Positions 36,056 to 44,131 of a stretch of DNA of 64,000 nt are shown piece by piece (positions within the stretch are counted from its first letter, which is position 1; every line of letters begins with the position of its first letter). This DNA is from Vicinamibacterales bacterium. GTDB taxonomy: Bacteria; Acidobacteriota; Vicinamibacteria; Vicinamibacterales; 2-12-FULL-66-21. Location of the stretch: contig DATAFJ010000070.1 of NCBI GenBank assembly GCA_036257535.1, positions 1,595-65,594 of the forward strand, in the 5' to 3' direction. Made by a program: the position numbers and the translations under genes. The notes below the pieces were generated by a model. It was not told where the DNA came from. It saw only the letters and a list, made by a program, of their open reading frames with translations, and ran no database searches.

Positions 36056-37381
36056 ATGCGCCCGTGGCTGCCTGCGGCGCTGATTCTTCTTCAGACCCAG
36101 ACAGGTCTGCGCGCCGAAGGCGTGGCGAGGGCCGGTGCCCTCGAGCCCATCGCCCGCATGAAGGCGTGGATGTCGGCTGTCCAGCAGCATGAGCCGGGAA
36201 CAGCCGACGCGGCGGCCGCCGCTATTGCAGGCTGGTCGCCGTTCGAGCTCCACGAGCTCTCAGCGGATCTCGTCATCTTTCTTGGGCGCATCGACGGGGC
36301 CCATTTGTTCAAGCCGCGCGCTCGCCCGGCGCCTCGGCCCAGCAGCCCTCGTCCACGCCCGGTCGTCTATGCCATTCGGGCGCTGGCCGAAGAACTACTA
36401 CCCGGGACCGGCCCCGAGGTCTCGAACCAGTTCTTGAAGCGCGCCGCGTTGCTGCACGCGGACGTCGCCATGCTCACGCCTCGCATGGAGATTCCAGCTC
36501 CACTGCCCGAACAGCCCTATTACCCGAAATCCACCCCCAACCGAGCGTCGAGCGACCCAATCGTCGTCGACACTGACGACGGCGTCGCAGGCGATCTGGA
36601 GCGTCCTACGCTTCACTGGCAGCTCGGTCGAACGGTGCTCAGTGCCATCGCGCCGGACCCTGCGCGAGACGAAACGGTTCGTCTCTGGTATCGCGCTTCC
36701 GTGGCGTACCTTGAGGCCCAGGAAAGATTCGGGGACTGTCATCTCCACTTGATTCCCACGCTCGAGGCGGTCCCAGGCGATGCCCGGCTGCTTTTCTATG
36801 CCGGCGCGCTGCACGAAGCCTACGCCAGCGCGTCGCTCCAGGCGGCGGCCGATTCGATGAGGTCTCGCGGTCTCAGGAGCGTCGTCCGATCGGTCGACAA
36901 CGAGCTGGAAGAGGCGGAGGGGTTCTATCGCAAAGCGCTCGCGGCCGACCCGGGTTTTGCCGAGGCCCGGCTGCATCTTGGTCGCGTGCTGGGGCTCCGC
37001 GGCCGCCATCCGGAAGCTGCCACCGAGCTGCGACAGGCGATCACGCAGCTGAAGGATCCGCAGCTTGTGTACTACGGCGAGCTGTTCCTCGGTCGTGAGG
37101 AAGCGGCCGTGCGGCACCGTCTGGAGGCCCGCGAGCACTTCGAGCGCGCCGCGGCCCTCTATCCGCGGGCGCAGTCGCCCCAGCTCGCCCTCGGGCTTCT
37201 CGCGCGGGCGCACGGGGATCGCCCCGCCGCGCTCCAGTCGCTCAGAAACGTCGTCGCGTTGCCACCCGACGAGGGGGATCGCGAGGACCCGTGGTGGGAG
37301 TATCTCTTGTCTCACGTGCGCAATGTCGACGCCCTGCTCGACGAGCTCCGCCGGCCGTTCGCGACGAGATCGAAGCCATGA
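36056..37381 (+). CDS. secreted TPR-like repeat protein
   Basis: 441 aa with a signal-like N-terminus MRPWLPAALILLQTQTGLRA. TPR-like segments (YRKALAADPGFAEARLHLGRVLGLRGRHPEAATELRQAI). Confidence 0.6.
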   Translation: MRPWLPAALILLQTQTGLRAEGVARAGALEPIARMKAWMSAVQQHEPGTADAAAAAIAGWSPFELHELSADLVIFLGRIDGAHLFKPRARPAPRPSSPRPRPVVYAIRALAEELLPGTGPEVSNQFLKRAALLHADVAMLTPRMEIPAPLPEQPYYPKSTPNRASSDPIVVDTDDGVAGDLERPTLHWQLGRTVLSAIAPDPARDETVRLWYRASVAYLEAQERFGDCHLHLIPTLEAVPGDARLLFYAGALHEAYASASLQAAADSMRSRGLRSVVRSVDNELEEAEGFYRKALAADPGFAEARLHLGRVLGLRGRHPEAATELRQAITQLKDPQLVYYGELFLGREEAAVRHRLEAREHFERAAALYPRAQSPQLALGLLARAHGDRPAALQSLRNVVALPPDEGDREDPWWEYLLSHVRNVDALLDELRRPFATRSKP

Positions 37382-38232
37382 CGGGACGAGCGCCAGCCAG
37401 CCTTTCGGTCCTGCTCGTGCTCGGGAGCCCGATCGGCGCCCGGCAGGCAACGTTCACGGCAAAGACGGAAGCGGTGCGGGTAGATGTGCTCGTCACCGAG
37501 AACGGCCGGCCCGTCCTCGGGCTCAAGCCAACCGACTTCGTGGTGCTCGACAACGGTGTACCGCAACAGATCGACCTCGCGAGCTTCGAGCAGATTCCCC
37601 TCAACGTGGTGCTGACGCTCGACACGAGCAACAGCGTTGCGGGGGAGCGGCTGGAGCATTTGCGGGGCGCCTGCAAGGCCCTTATGGACAACGTGAAGAA
37701 GGACGAGCAGGCGGCCGTGATCACGTTCAGCCACGTCGTCAGGGTTGGTTCGGCGCTGACGCTGGAACTCGCGCCAGTTCGGGCTGCGATCGAAACGGCC
37801 GAGCCTTCCGGGGGCACGGCGCTCGTCGATGCGAGCTTTGCGGGCCTGATGCTCGGCGAGTCGGACGTCGGCCGAAGCCTCATGATCGTATTCAGCGACG
37901 GCGTCGACACGGCAAGCTGGTTGACGCCCGATGGCGTGCTCGATATTGCGCGCCGATCCGACGTCATCGCGTATGGCGTGTCGGCAGGGCAGACCCGCAG
38001 CGACTTCCTGCCCGAGCTCATCGACGCGACGGGCGGCCGGCTGTTTCGGGTCGAGGCCACAAACGATCTGGGCCCGACCTTTGTCGGGATCCTGGAGGAA
38101 TTCCGCCTTCGCTATCTGGTCAGCTACTCGCCGCAGGGCGTGTCGAAAGACGGCTGGCACAAGCTCGATGTACGGGTGAAGCGCCGCGGCGTGACGGTTC
38201 GTGCGCGGCCCGGGTATCTCGCGGGGTTCTGA
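37378..38232 (+). CDS. VWFA-related acidobacterial-type von Willebrand factor A protein
   Basis: Start trimmed to the ATG at 37378 (ATGA overlap). N-terminus FTAKTEAVRVDVLVTENGRPVLGLKPTDFVVLDNGVPQQI is typical of the VWFA-related acidobacterial domain. MIDAS motif is DTSNS. Confidence 0.8.
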   Translation: MTGRAPASLSVLLVLGSPIGARQATFTAKTEAVRVDVLVTENGRPVLGLKPTDFVVLDNGVPQQIDLASFEQIPLNVVLTLDTSNSVAGERLEHLRGACKALMDNVKKDEQAAVITFSHVVRVGSALTLELAPVRAAIETAEPSGGTALVDASFAGLMLGESDVGRSLMIVFSDGVDTASWLTPDGVLDIARRSDVIAYGVSAGQTRSDFLPELIDATGGRLFRVEATNDLGPTFVGILEEFRLRYLVSYSPQGVSKDGWHKLDVRVKRRGVTVRARPGYLAGF

Positions 38233-38318
38233 ACACGTCCGAGTCGTCCCAGCATTCGTCCCATTTGTCTGGCCTGCCCGCCGTCGCACATTTAGACTTT
38301 CCCGGCAGAGGTGCAGCT

Positions 38319-39497
38319 ATGACCGGAAGAGTTCTCGGGCTGATCGTGTGCCTGCTGGTCCTGCCGGCGATCGGCGCGGCGCAGCCCGTTCAGATCGGTG
38401 AGCAGTTGACGGTTCGGTCGACGGTGCTGGGCGAAGAGCGAACGATTTTCGTCCGGACGCCGCGCCACTACGGCGAGGGCGCCGTCAAGTATCCGGTCCT
38501 GTACCTCACGGATGGAGACGCGCAGTTCCTCAACATGGTGGCGACGGTCGAGTTCCTCGCCCGGAACGGCCGGATGCCTGAGATGATCGTCGTCGGCATC
38601 GGGAACACCGATCGCACGCGCGACCTGACGCCGACGAAAGCGTCCATGACGCGGATGGACGGCAGCGCGATCGACTTTCCAACCGCCGGCGGCGCCGACA
38701 AGTTCCTCTCTTTCATCTCGACGGAGCTCTTCCCGTTCATCGAGGGCCGGTATCGCGCGGCGCCGTTCCGCGTGTTCGCCGGGCACTCGTTCGGCGGACT
38801 TTTCGCGATGCATGCGTTCACCACGAAGCCGGATACGTTCAACGCCTACATCGCCGTGGCCCCCTCTCTGGCGTGGGACAAGAACCTGGTCGTGCGCCGC
38901 ACAGCCGACTTGCTGCGCGAGCGCCGTGATCTGCAGAAAACGCTCGTCGTGACGCTCGGCGACGAGCCGGACACGGACCCCGCGCTCAACGACCTGAAGA
39001 AGATCCTGGCAACGGATCCGCGGCCCGCCGGCTTCGAGTGGCAGGTTCAGCGGTTCGATGACGAAGATCACGGCTCGCTCGTGATGCGGAGCCACGACAT
39101 CGGACTGAGAAAGATATTCGCGCTCTGGCAGGCTCGTCCCGACACGATCACGTCGCTGACTGATATCGAGCAGCACTACGCCAAACTCTCGGCACGGCTC
39201 GGCTATACGGTCGTTCCTGCGGAGAACATCGTCAACCTCGCCGGATACTCGGTGCTCCAGACGGGCCGCGTCGACGAAGCGCTGAAGATATTCGAGGCGA
39301 ACATCCGCAATTATCCCGACTCGGCAAACGTGTACGACAGCCACGGCGAAGCGCTGGAGGCGGCGGGGAAGCTGGAAGAGGCGCGGGCGCGCTACGCGGA
39401 GGCCGTACGCCGCGGCGAAGCGAGCAAGGACCCGCTGCTCGACGCGTTCAAGCAGCACCTCGCAGCGATCGACAAGAAGCTGAAGTCGTCGCAGTAA
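38319..39497 (+). CDS. alpha/beta hydrolase (esterase, IroE/enterochelin-esterase-like) with C-terminal TPR
   Basis: The real gene is the C-terminal 392 aa of the 810-aa track ORF. GAGGTG SD. Signal peptide MTGRVLGLIVCLLVLPAIGAAQ, PVLYLTDGD and nucleophile elbow GHSFGG. Confidence 0.75.
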   Translation: MTGRVLGLIVCLLVLPAIGAAQPVQIGEQLTVRSTVLGEERTIFVRTPRHYGEGAVKYPVLYLTDGDAQFLNMVATVEFLARNGRMPEMIVVGIGNTDRTRDLTPTKASMTRMDGSAIDFPTAGGADKFLSFISTELFPFIEGRYRAAPFRVFAGHSFGGLFAMHAFTTKPDTFNAYIAVAPSLAWDKNLVVRRTADLLRERRDLQKTLVVTLGDEPDTDPALNDLKKILATDPRPAGFEWQVQRFDDEDHGSLVMRSHDIGLRKIFALWQARPDTITSLTDIEQHYAKLSARLGYTVVPAENIVNLAGYSVLQTGRVDEALKIFEANIRNYPDSANVYDSHGEALEAAGKLEEARARYAEAVRRGEASKDPLLDAFKQHLAAIDKKLKSSQ

Positions 39498-39553
39498 AAA
39501 AGGGGACAGTCACCTTTTTACGAAAATCGTAAAAAGGTGACTGTTCCCTTTTT
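39496..39553. terminator. A-tract / GGGGACAGTCACC stem / T-tract hairpin (copy 2), bidirectional terminator
   Basis: AAAAAAGGGGACAGTCACCTTTTT, an 11-nt loop, then AAAAAGGTGACTGTTCCCTTTTT (one mismatch). Sits exactly between the convergent genes ending at 39497 (+) and 39560 (-). Confidence 0.7.
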
Positions 39554-39559
39554 ACCTTT

Positions 39560-40357
39560 TTACGCCGGCGCGATCGCGAGGACTCTCGCAGGACTGCCGC
39601 TGCCGTTGACGAGTTTGAGCGGCGCGGCGATGACGATCGCGCCGGTCGGCGGCAGCCGATCGAGATTGCACAGGCTGGCGAGGCCGAACTTGCCGGCGCC
39701 GTGCATGATCGCGTGGTTCGAAAAGGGCGGGTCGAATCGCCCGGCCTGGCCCGCGTCCGTGCCGATCGTCTCGACGCCCACGCCGAGCACGTCCCGATCG
39801 AGGGCGAGGAGCTGGGACGCCGCTTTGTCGAAGCCCGGGCTGTGCGGCCCATCCGGTCCGACGTTGAGAAAGCTCGCGGCGTCGCCGCGGCTGCTCCAGC
39901 CGCTCCGCAACAGCACCCACGCGCCGGCCGGAATCCGTCCGTGCTCGCGCTCCCACGCTTCGACCCCTGCGGGCGTGAGCAGAAAATCGGGATTGGCGGC
40001 AACCTCGCTCGTAACGTCGATGACGCACGCCGGTCCCACCAGCCGCCGCGCCGGAATCGTGTCGCAGGCGTTTTCCGGCAGGTCTTTCCCGGTGATCCAG
40101 TGAATCGGCGCGTCGAAGTGCGTGCCGGTGTGCTCGCCCAGCCGAATGGTGTTCCAGTACCAGGCCGGTCCTTTTTCGTCGTAGCGCGAGATGACTTCGA
40201 CCGAGAGCCCGGGCGACGAGGCGAAGATCGGCGGCAGGCCGATGACCGGCGTGTCGGGCCCGAGCGGCTGCGTGAGGTCCACGACGACCAGCCGCCCATC
40301 GGCCAGCTCGGAAACGAGATTGGCAAGAGTGCTCATCGTCATGCGTTTCGCGGTCAT
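39560..40357 (-). CDS. cyclase family protein (kynurenine formamidase-like metal hydrolase)
   Basis: Start trimmed to the ATG at 40357 (ATGA overlap). The HTGTHFDAPIHW motif is typical of the putative cyclase/formamidase family. Confidence 0.75.
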   Translation of the reverse strand: MTAKRMTMSTLANLVSELADGRLVVVDLTQPLGPDTPVIGLPPIFASSPGLSVEVISRYDEKGPAWYWNTIRLGEHTGTHFDAPIHWITGKDLPENACDTIPARRLVGPACVIDVTSEVAANPDFLLTPAGVEAWEREHGRIPAGAWVLLRSGWSSRGDAASFLNVGPDGPHSPGFDKAASQLLALDRDVLGVGVETIGTDAGQAGRFDPPFSNHAIMHGAGKFGLASLCNLDRLPPTGAIVIAAPLKLVNGSGSPARVLAIAPA

Positions 40358-41925
40358 TGTTTCGCGATAGCGGCCCGGCCTCCCCGCAACACGTACTTCT
40401 GGATCTTGCCGGTCGCCGTTTTCGGCAGCTCGTTGATGAAGGTGACCGTGTGCGGCGCCTTGAAGTGGGCGAGCCGGTCTCGCGCGAACTGGCGCAGCTC
40501 GGTCTCGGTCGCGGTTGCGCCCGCCTTCAGCACGACGAACGCATGCGGCGCTTCTCCCCATTTCGCGTCAGGAAGGCCGACGACGGCCGCTTCCTGCACG
40601 CTCGGGTGCCGCAGCAGCGTGCCCTCGACTTCGACCGACGAGATGTTCTCGCCGCCGCTGATGATCACGTCTTTCAGCCGGTCGCGGATCTCGACGTAGC
40701 CGTCGGGATGGACGACGGCGGCGTCGCCCGTGTAAAACCATCCGTCGCGGATGCATCTGGCGGTCGCCTCGGGGTCGTTGAAGTAGCCTTCCATCACGAC
40801 GTTGCCGCGCACGGTAATCTCGCCCAACGATTCGCCGTCGGCCGGGACCTCCCGTCCCTGTTCGTCCACGACCCGGAGCTCGCCCGACGTGACGAGCTCC
40901 ACCCCCTGGCGTGCCTTTATTGATGCGCGATCTGCCGCGGGCAGCGCTGCATGCTCGGGACGCGGCTCGCAGACAGAGATGAACGGCGTGGTTTCGGTCA
41001 GACCGTAGACCTGCGTCACGCTCCAACCGAGCTTCTCTTCGAGCGACTCGATCGTCGCCGCGGCCGGCGGCGCGCCGGCCGTGAGGATGCGGAGGCCGCG
41101 CGGCGCGTTGCGCCGAATCGAGTCGCGCGCGTTCGACAGGCCGATGAGGACCGTGGGCGCCGCGCACAGCATAGTGATGGATTCGCGCTGCATGAGCTCG
41201 AACACGGCCGCGGGCTCGACTTTCCGAAGGCACACGTGCACGGCGCCGACGGCGGTCACGGTCCACACGAACGTCCACCCGTTCGCGTGAAACATCGGCA
41301 GCGTCCACAGATAGCGATCGGCCGGTGTCATTGGCGCATGAACGAGCGTTCCCACGACGTTCATGTACGCATTGCGATGAGTGATCATCACGCCCTTCGG
41401 CCGTGACGTCGTCCCGCTGGTGTAGTTGATCGTCAGCAGGTCCGTCTCGTCGATGTCGGGCCGCTGGAAGTCCGGGCGCGACTCGGCCACCAGCGTTTCG
41501 TAATCCAGCCAGCCGTCCCGTGCGCGTTCAAGAGCCACGAGATGGTGCACGCCTGGGACGCGGGAGCGGATGCTGTCGACCACCTCGAGATAATCGCCGT
41601 CGGCGCACACGACCCGGGCGCCGCTGTGCTCGAGGAGGTAAGCGAAGTCGTCGGCCGTGAGGCGATAGTTGACCGGCACGAGCACGGCGCCGATCTGCGG
41701 CACCGCGTAGAACGATTCGAGTTGTGCCTGAGTGTTGGGCGCGATGTAGGCGACGCGATCGCCCCGACCTACACCCAGCGATTGCAGCGCCGCCGACCAG
41801 CGATCGACGCGATCGAAGAAGCCCGAGTACGTCGTCCGACGGTCGCGATCGATGACGGCTTCGCGATTGCCGTAGAGGCGCCGGGCCCGGCGTGCGAACT
41901 CGAGCGGCGTCAGGGGTGTCTTCAT
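40354..41925 (-). CDS. AMP-dependent acyl-CoA synthetase/ligase
   Basis: 523 aa. AMP-binding motif TINYTSGTTSRPKGV. GWFYTGD and a C-terminal LPKTATGKIQK lysine motif. Confidence 0.85.
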   Translation of the reverse strand: MKTPLTPLEFARRARRLYGNREAVIDRDRRTTYSGFFDRVDRWSAALQSLGVGRGDRVAYIAPNTQAQLESFYAVPQIGAVLVPVNYRLTADDFAYLLEHSGARVVCADGDYLEVVDSIRSRVPGVHHLVALERARDGWLDYETLVAESRPDFQRPDIDETDLLTINYTSGTTSRPKGVMITHRNAYMNVVGTLVHAPMTPADRYLWTLPMFHANGWTFVWTVTAVGAVHVCLRKVEPAAVFELMQRESITMLCAAPTVLIGLSNARDSIRRNAPRGLRILTAGAPPAAATIESLEEKLGWSVTQVYGLTETTPFISVCEPRPEHAALPAADRASIKARQGVELVTSGELRVVDEQGREVPADGESLGEITVRGNVVMEGYFNDPEATARCIRDGWFYTGDAAVVHPDGYVEIRDRLKDVIISGGENISSVEVEGTLLRHPSVQEAAVVGLPDAKWGEAPHAFVVLKAGATATETELRQFARDRLAHFKAPHTVTFINELPKTATGKIQKYVLRGGRAAIAKQ

Positions 41926-42488
41926 TGTTGTGGCCGCAGGTGCCGGGCAAATTGAAATCGGTTCTCGAGGAGGCCCAGGTCGGTGACGAACGCCTTCGGG
42001 CCCACCGCTTCGACCTTGGCGACGATCGTGGCCAGCTCGCGCGCGGAGAGGGCTTCGGAGACCGACTTCTGCAGCTCGTCGACCGACCGGACGGTCACCG
42101 TCCGTGGAACCCCGGCCGCGGCCGCGATCTTCGCGATATCGCTGCCCGTTGACGTCGCCGTTGGAAAACCACCGACCGACAGCAGGCTCTCGTTGTCGAA
42201 GACGATGTGCAGCAGGTTGGCCGGCCGGTATCGCGCGAGCGTCGTCAGGCCGCCGAGGTTCATCAGCACCGAGCCGTCGCCGTCGAGGACAACGACTTGG
42301 ACCTCTGGCCGGGTCAGCGCAATACCCAGCCCGAGAGAGGACGCCAGGCCCATCGCGTGCTGCAGATAAAAGAAGTTGGGGCGATGCCCGATCTCCTGCA
42401 GTTCCGCCGCGACGGCGCCCATTATCGTGACGACGACCGACTGCTCGAGCTGCGGATAGATAGCCTGCAGTGCCTCGCTGCGCTTCAT
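41922..42488 (-). CDS. TPP-dependent decarboxylase, beta subunit (sulfopyruvate/phosphonopyruvate decarboxylase-like)
   Basis: The real gene is the C-terminal 188 aa of the 342-aa track ORF, with ATG verified at 42488. TPP-binding GDGSVLMNLGGLTT..N..IVFDNE. Confidence 0.75.
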   Translation of the reverse strand: MKRSEALQAIYPQLEQSVVVTIMGAVAAELQEIGHRPNFFYLQHAMGLASSLGLGIALTRPEVQVVVLDGDGSVLMNLGGLTTLARYRPANLLHIVFDNESLLSVGGFPTATSTGSDIAKIAAAAGVPRTVTVRSVDELQKSVSEALSARELATIVAKVEAVGPKAFVTDLGLLENRFQFARHLRPQQ

Positions 42489-43000
42489 TGCTCGTCCCAC
42501 ATTAGATCGCGACAGAGGAGGAGCGCGACCGGACGGCTCGCCGATTGGGCGAGCGTCTCCGCCTTCCGGATGCGCACCGCGACGTGCGCCGGATCCTCCA
42601 GCCGCGCGAATGGAATCCGCAACGCGCGCAGCAGCTCCTCTGTCACCCCGCCCCCTTCGGTCTGCCACGGGTCGCGCTCGCCGAACTCGCCGCGGTGGCT
42701 GATGAGCATCAGCAGCGGAATGCGATACAGCTGTGCGCACGAGACGATGCCGTTGATGGAGGCGAGGAAGCCATGGTTCTGCATGAGCATGGCCGATCGC
42801 GCGCCCGCCAGATGCGCGCCGGCCGAGACGCCGACGCCCTCTTCCTCTTTCGCGAGGCGAACGAGAATCATCTCCGGATCCTCGTCTGCCATGCGGATCA
42901 GGTGCACGAGCCAGGTTTCCGGAAGCGCGGACATCAGCGTGACGCCGCACGCCTTCAGCGCGTCGTAGACGACCTTCGAGTTGGTGACGGAGACCGGCAC
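42485..43000 (-). CDS. TPP-dependent decarboxylase, alpha subunit (ComD-like)
   Basis: 171 aa with a GTG start. EEEGVGVSAGAHLAGARSAMLMQNHGFLASINGI..YRIPLLMLISHRGEFGE matches the N-terminal pyrimidine-binding domain of split TPP decarboxylases. Confidence 0.75.
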   Translation of the reverse strand: MPVSVTNSKVVYDALKACGVTLMSALPETWLVHLIRMADEDPEMILVRLAKEEEGVGVSAGAHLAGARSAMLMQNHGFLASINGIVSCAQLYRIPLLMLISHRGEFGERDPWQTEGGGVTEELLRALRIPFARLEDPAHVAVRIRKAETLAQSASRPVALLLCRDLMWDEQ

Positions 43001-43010
43001 GAGGAGCCGC

Positions 43011-43610
43011 CTATTTCTTCATGGAGGCCGCCGCGGGCAGCTTTGGCAGCTCGTCGAGCACGCCGCTCATCGTCTCGAGATGGTCCTTGATGCCGGAGAC
43101 CTGCTCCCGTTGACGATCGGAAAGCACGGGACGAGCCAGCTCGTCGGCGAGCCGCACGAGAAGCGCCAGCGGACGCCGGAGAGAGTGGACCTTCCTAATC
43201 ACCTGCTCGTGCGTCAGGGCCTGCTCCCGTGCGCGCTGGAGAATCCGCTGCCGATCTTCAAAGCCCGCGGCCAGTTGAATCACCAGGAACCGCCGGCCCT
43301 TGAGTGCGATCGCGGTAGCGGTGATCGGTAGTTCCCGTCCGGAGTCGTCGGTGATCATGAAGTCGCCGCTGTCGAGACGGCCCTCATCATGACTGCCCCA
43401 GAACGCCTCGGCCTCGTGGAGAAATGCGGAGAGCCCGGGAAAGGACTCTGCGATCTTCGGTCGACGTCCCCCTCCGGCGGTCCGGTAGATCCGGGTGAAC
43501 CATTCGGGCGGCTGCGCATCGCCGATCTGGACGAATGTTCCGCCCGGCACCTGCTCCATGACGACCATGTCGAGAGCCGCCGCCAGTCGTGCGAGGACCG
43601 TTTCAGACAC
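43011..43610 (-). CDS. sensor-like domain plus histidine-kinase DHp/H-box-like helix, no ATPase domain
   Basis: 199 aa with a GTG start (GAGG 9 nt upstream). C-terminal EQVIRKVHSLRRPLALLVRLADEL..LSDRQREQVSGIKDHLETMSGVLDEL resembles HisKA (H-E-L-R-T-P-L type H-box). Nothing resembling a HATPase_c domain follows. Confidence 0.55.
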   Translation of the reverse strand: MSETVLARLAAALDMVVMEQVPGGTFVQIGDAQPPEWFTRIYRTAGGGRRPKIAESFPGLSAFLHEAEAFWGSHDEGRLDSGDFMITDDSGRELPITATAIALKGRRFLVIQLAAGFEDRQRILQRAREQALTHEQVIRKVHSLRRPLALLVRLADELARPVLSDRQREQVSGIKDHLETMSGVLDELPKLPAAASMKK

Positions 43611-43633
43611 GTTGTAAGGCCTCAGCAGTCGCG

Positions 43634-44131
43634 TCAGGCCGCGAGCATCCCGCGCGCTAGCTTCACGAAGGCTTCCTCGACGCCGGCGCCGGTCTTGGCG
43701 CTCGTTCTCAGGATCGGCCAGCCCTTTTCCGCAATTCGCCAGAGCGCGCGATCATCGACCTGCCACTCGGCCTCGAGGTCTGCCTTGTTAAGAAGGATCA
43801 CAAACGGCACATGGCCGATGACGCCCTCGGCGGTCTGTTGGAGCGACACAGCCGTGTCGAGCGTAAGCGGGCGAGTCCCGTCCACGACCAGCAGGTACCC
43901 GGAGGCGCCGCGCAGATAGGATGTCTGGACCGTTTGAAACTCGTCCTGCCCATACAAGTCCCATAGAACCAGCGTGACCGACTCGCCGTCGACAGGTACG
44001 GTTTTCTTGTCGACCTTTACCCCGACCGTCGTCAGGTACTTATCGGAGAAGATGCTGCTGACGAACCGCGACACGAGACTCGTCTTGCCGACGCCGAATC
44101 CGCCCAGCATGCAGATCTTCTTTTGAATCAT
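43634..44131 (-). CDS. Ras/Rab-like small GTPase
   Basis: The real gene is the C-terminal 165 aa of the 268-aa track ORF, with ATG verified at 44131. Motifs are G1 GGFGVGKT, switch I YLTTVGV, G3 WDLYGQ, G4 NKAD and G5 TSAK. Confidence 0.85.
   Translation of the reverse strand: MIQKKICMLGGFGVGKTSLVSRFVSSIFSDKYLTTVGVKVDKKTVPVDGESVTLVLWDLYGQDEFQTVQTSYLRGASGYLLVVDGTRPLTLDTAVSLQQTAEGVIGHVPFVILLNKADLEAEWQVDDRALWRIAEKGWPILRTSAKTGAGVEEAFVKLARGMLAA

Noticed and set aside
37065-39497. Over-extended track ORFs fusing unrelated upstream sequence to real genes: 37065-39497, 33765-35825, 50283-52496, 23129-24961, 54379-55734, 54798-56300, 61334-62725, 41922-42950, 43634-44440, 39560-40561, 10015-10914, 13817-17098 and 25187-27529.
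   Set aside because: The 5' parts overlap well-supported neighbouring genes and translate to low-complexity sequence. Internal ATG or GTG codons coincide with the neighbour's stop (often an ATGA overlap), an SD sequence or a signal peptide. I verified these at nucleotide level.
41922-43000. Split TPP decarboxylase interpreted as phosphonopyruvate decarboxylase marking a phosphonate biosynthesis cluster.
   Set aside because: No PEP mutase (pepM), aminotransferase or other phosphonate genes occur in the operon or window. The substrate cannot be inferred from the sequence alone.
43011-43610. The DHp-like protein considered as a truncated or pseudogenised histidine kinase.
   Set aside because: The ORF ends cleanly 10 nt before the next well-supported gene. 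No HATPase_c-like sequence (N, G1, G2 boxes) appears in any frame downstream. The gene sits in a tightly coupled operon, so an intact kinase-less protein seems more likely than a decay product. This remains unproven.
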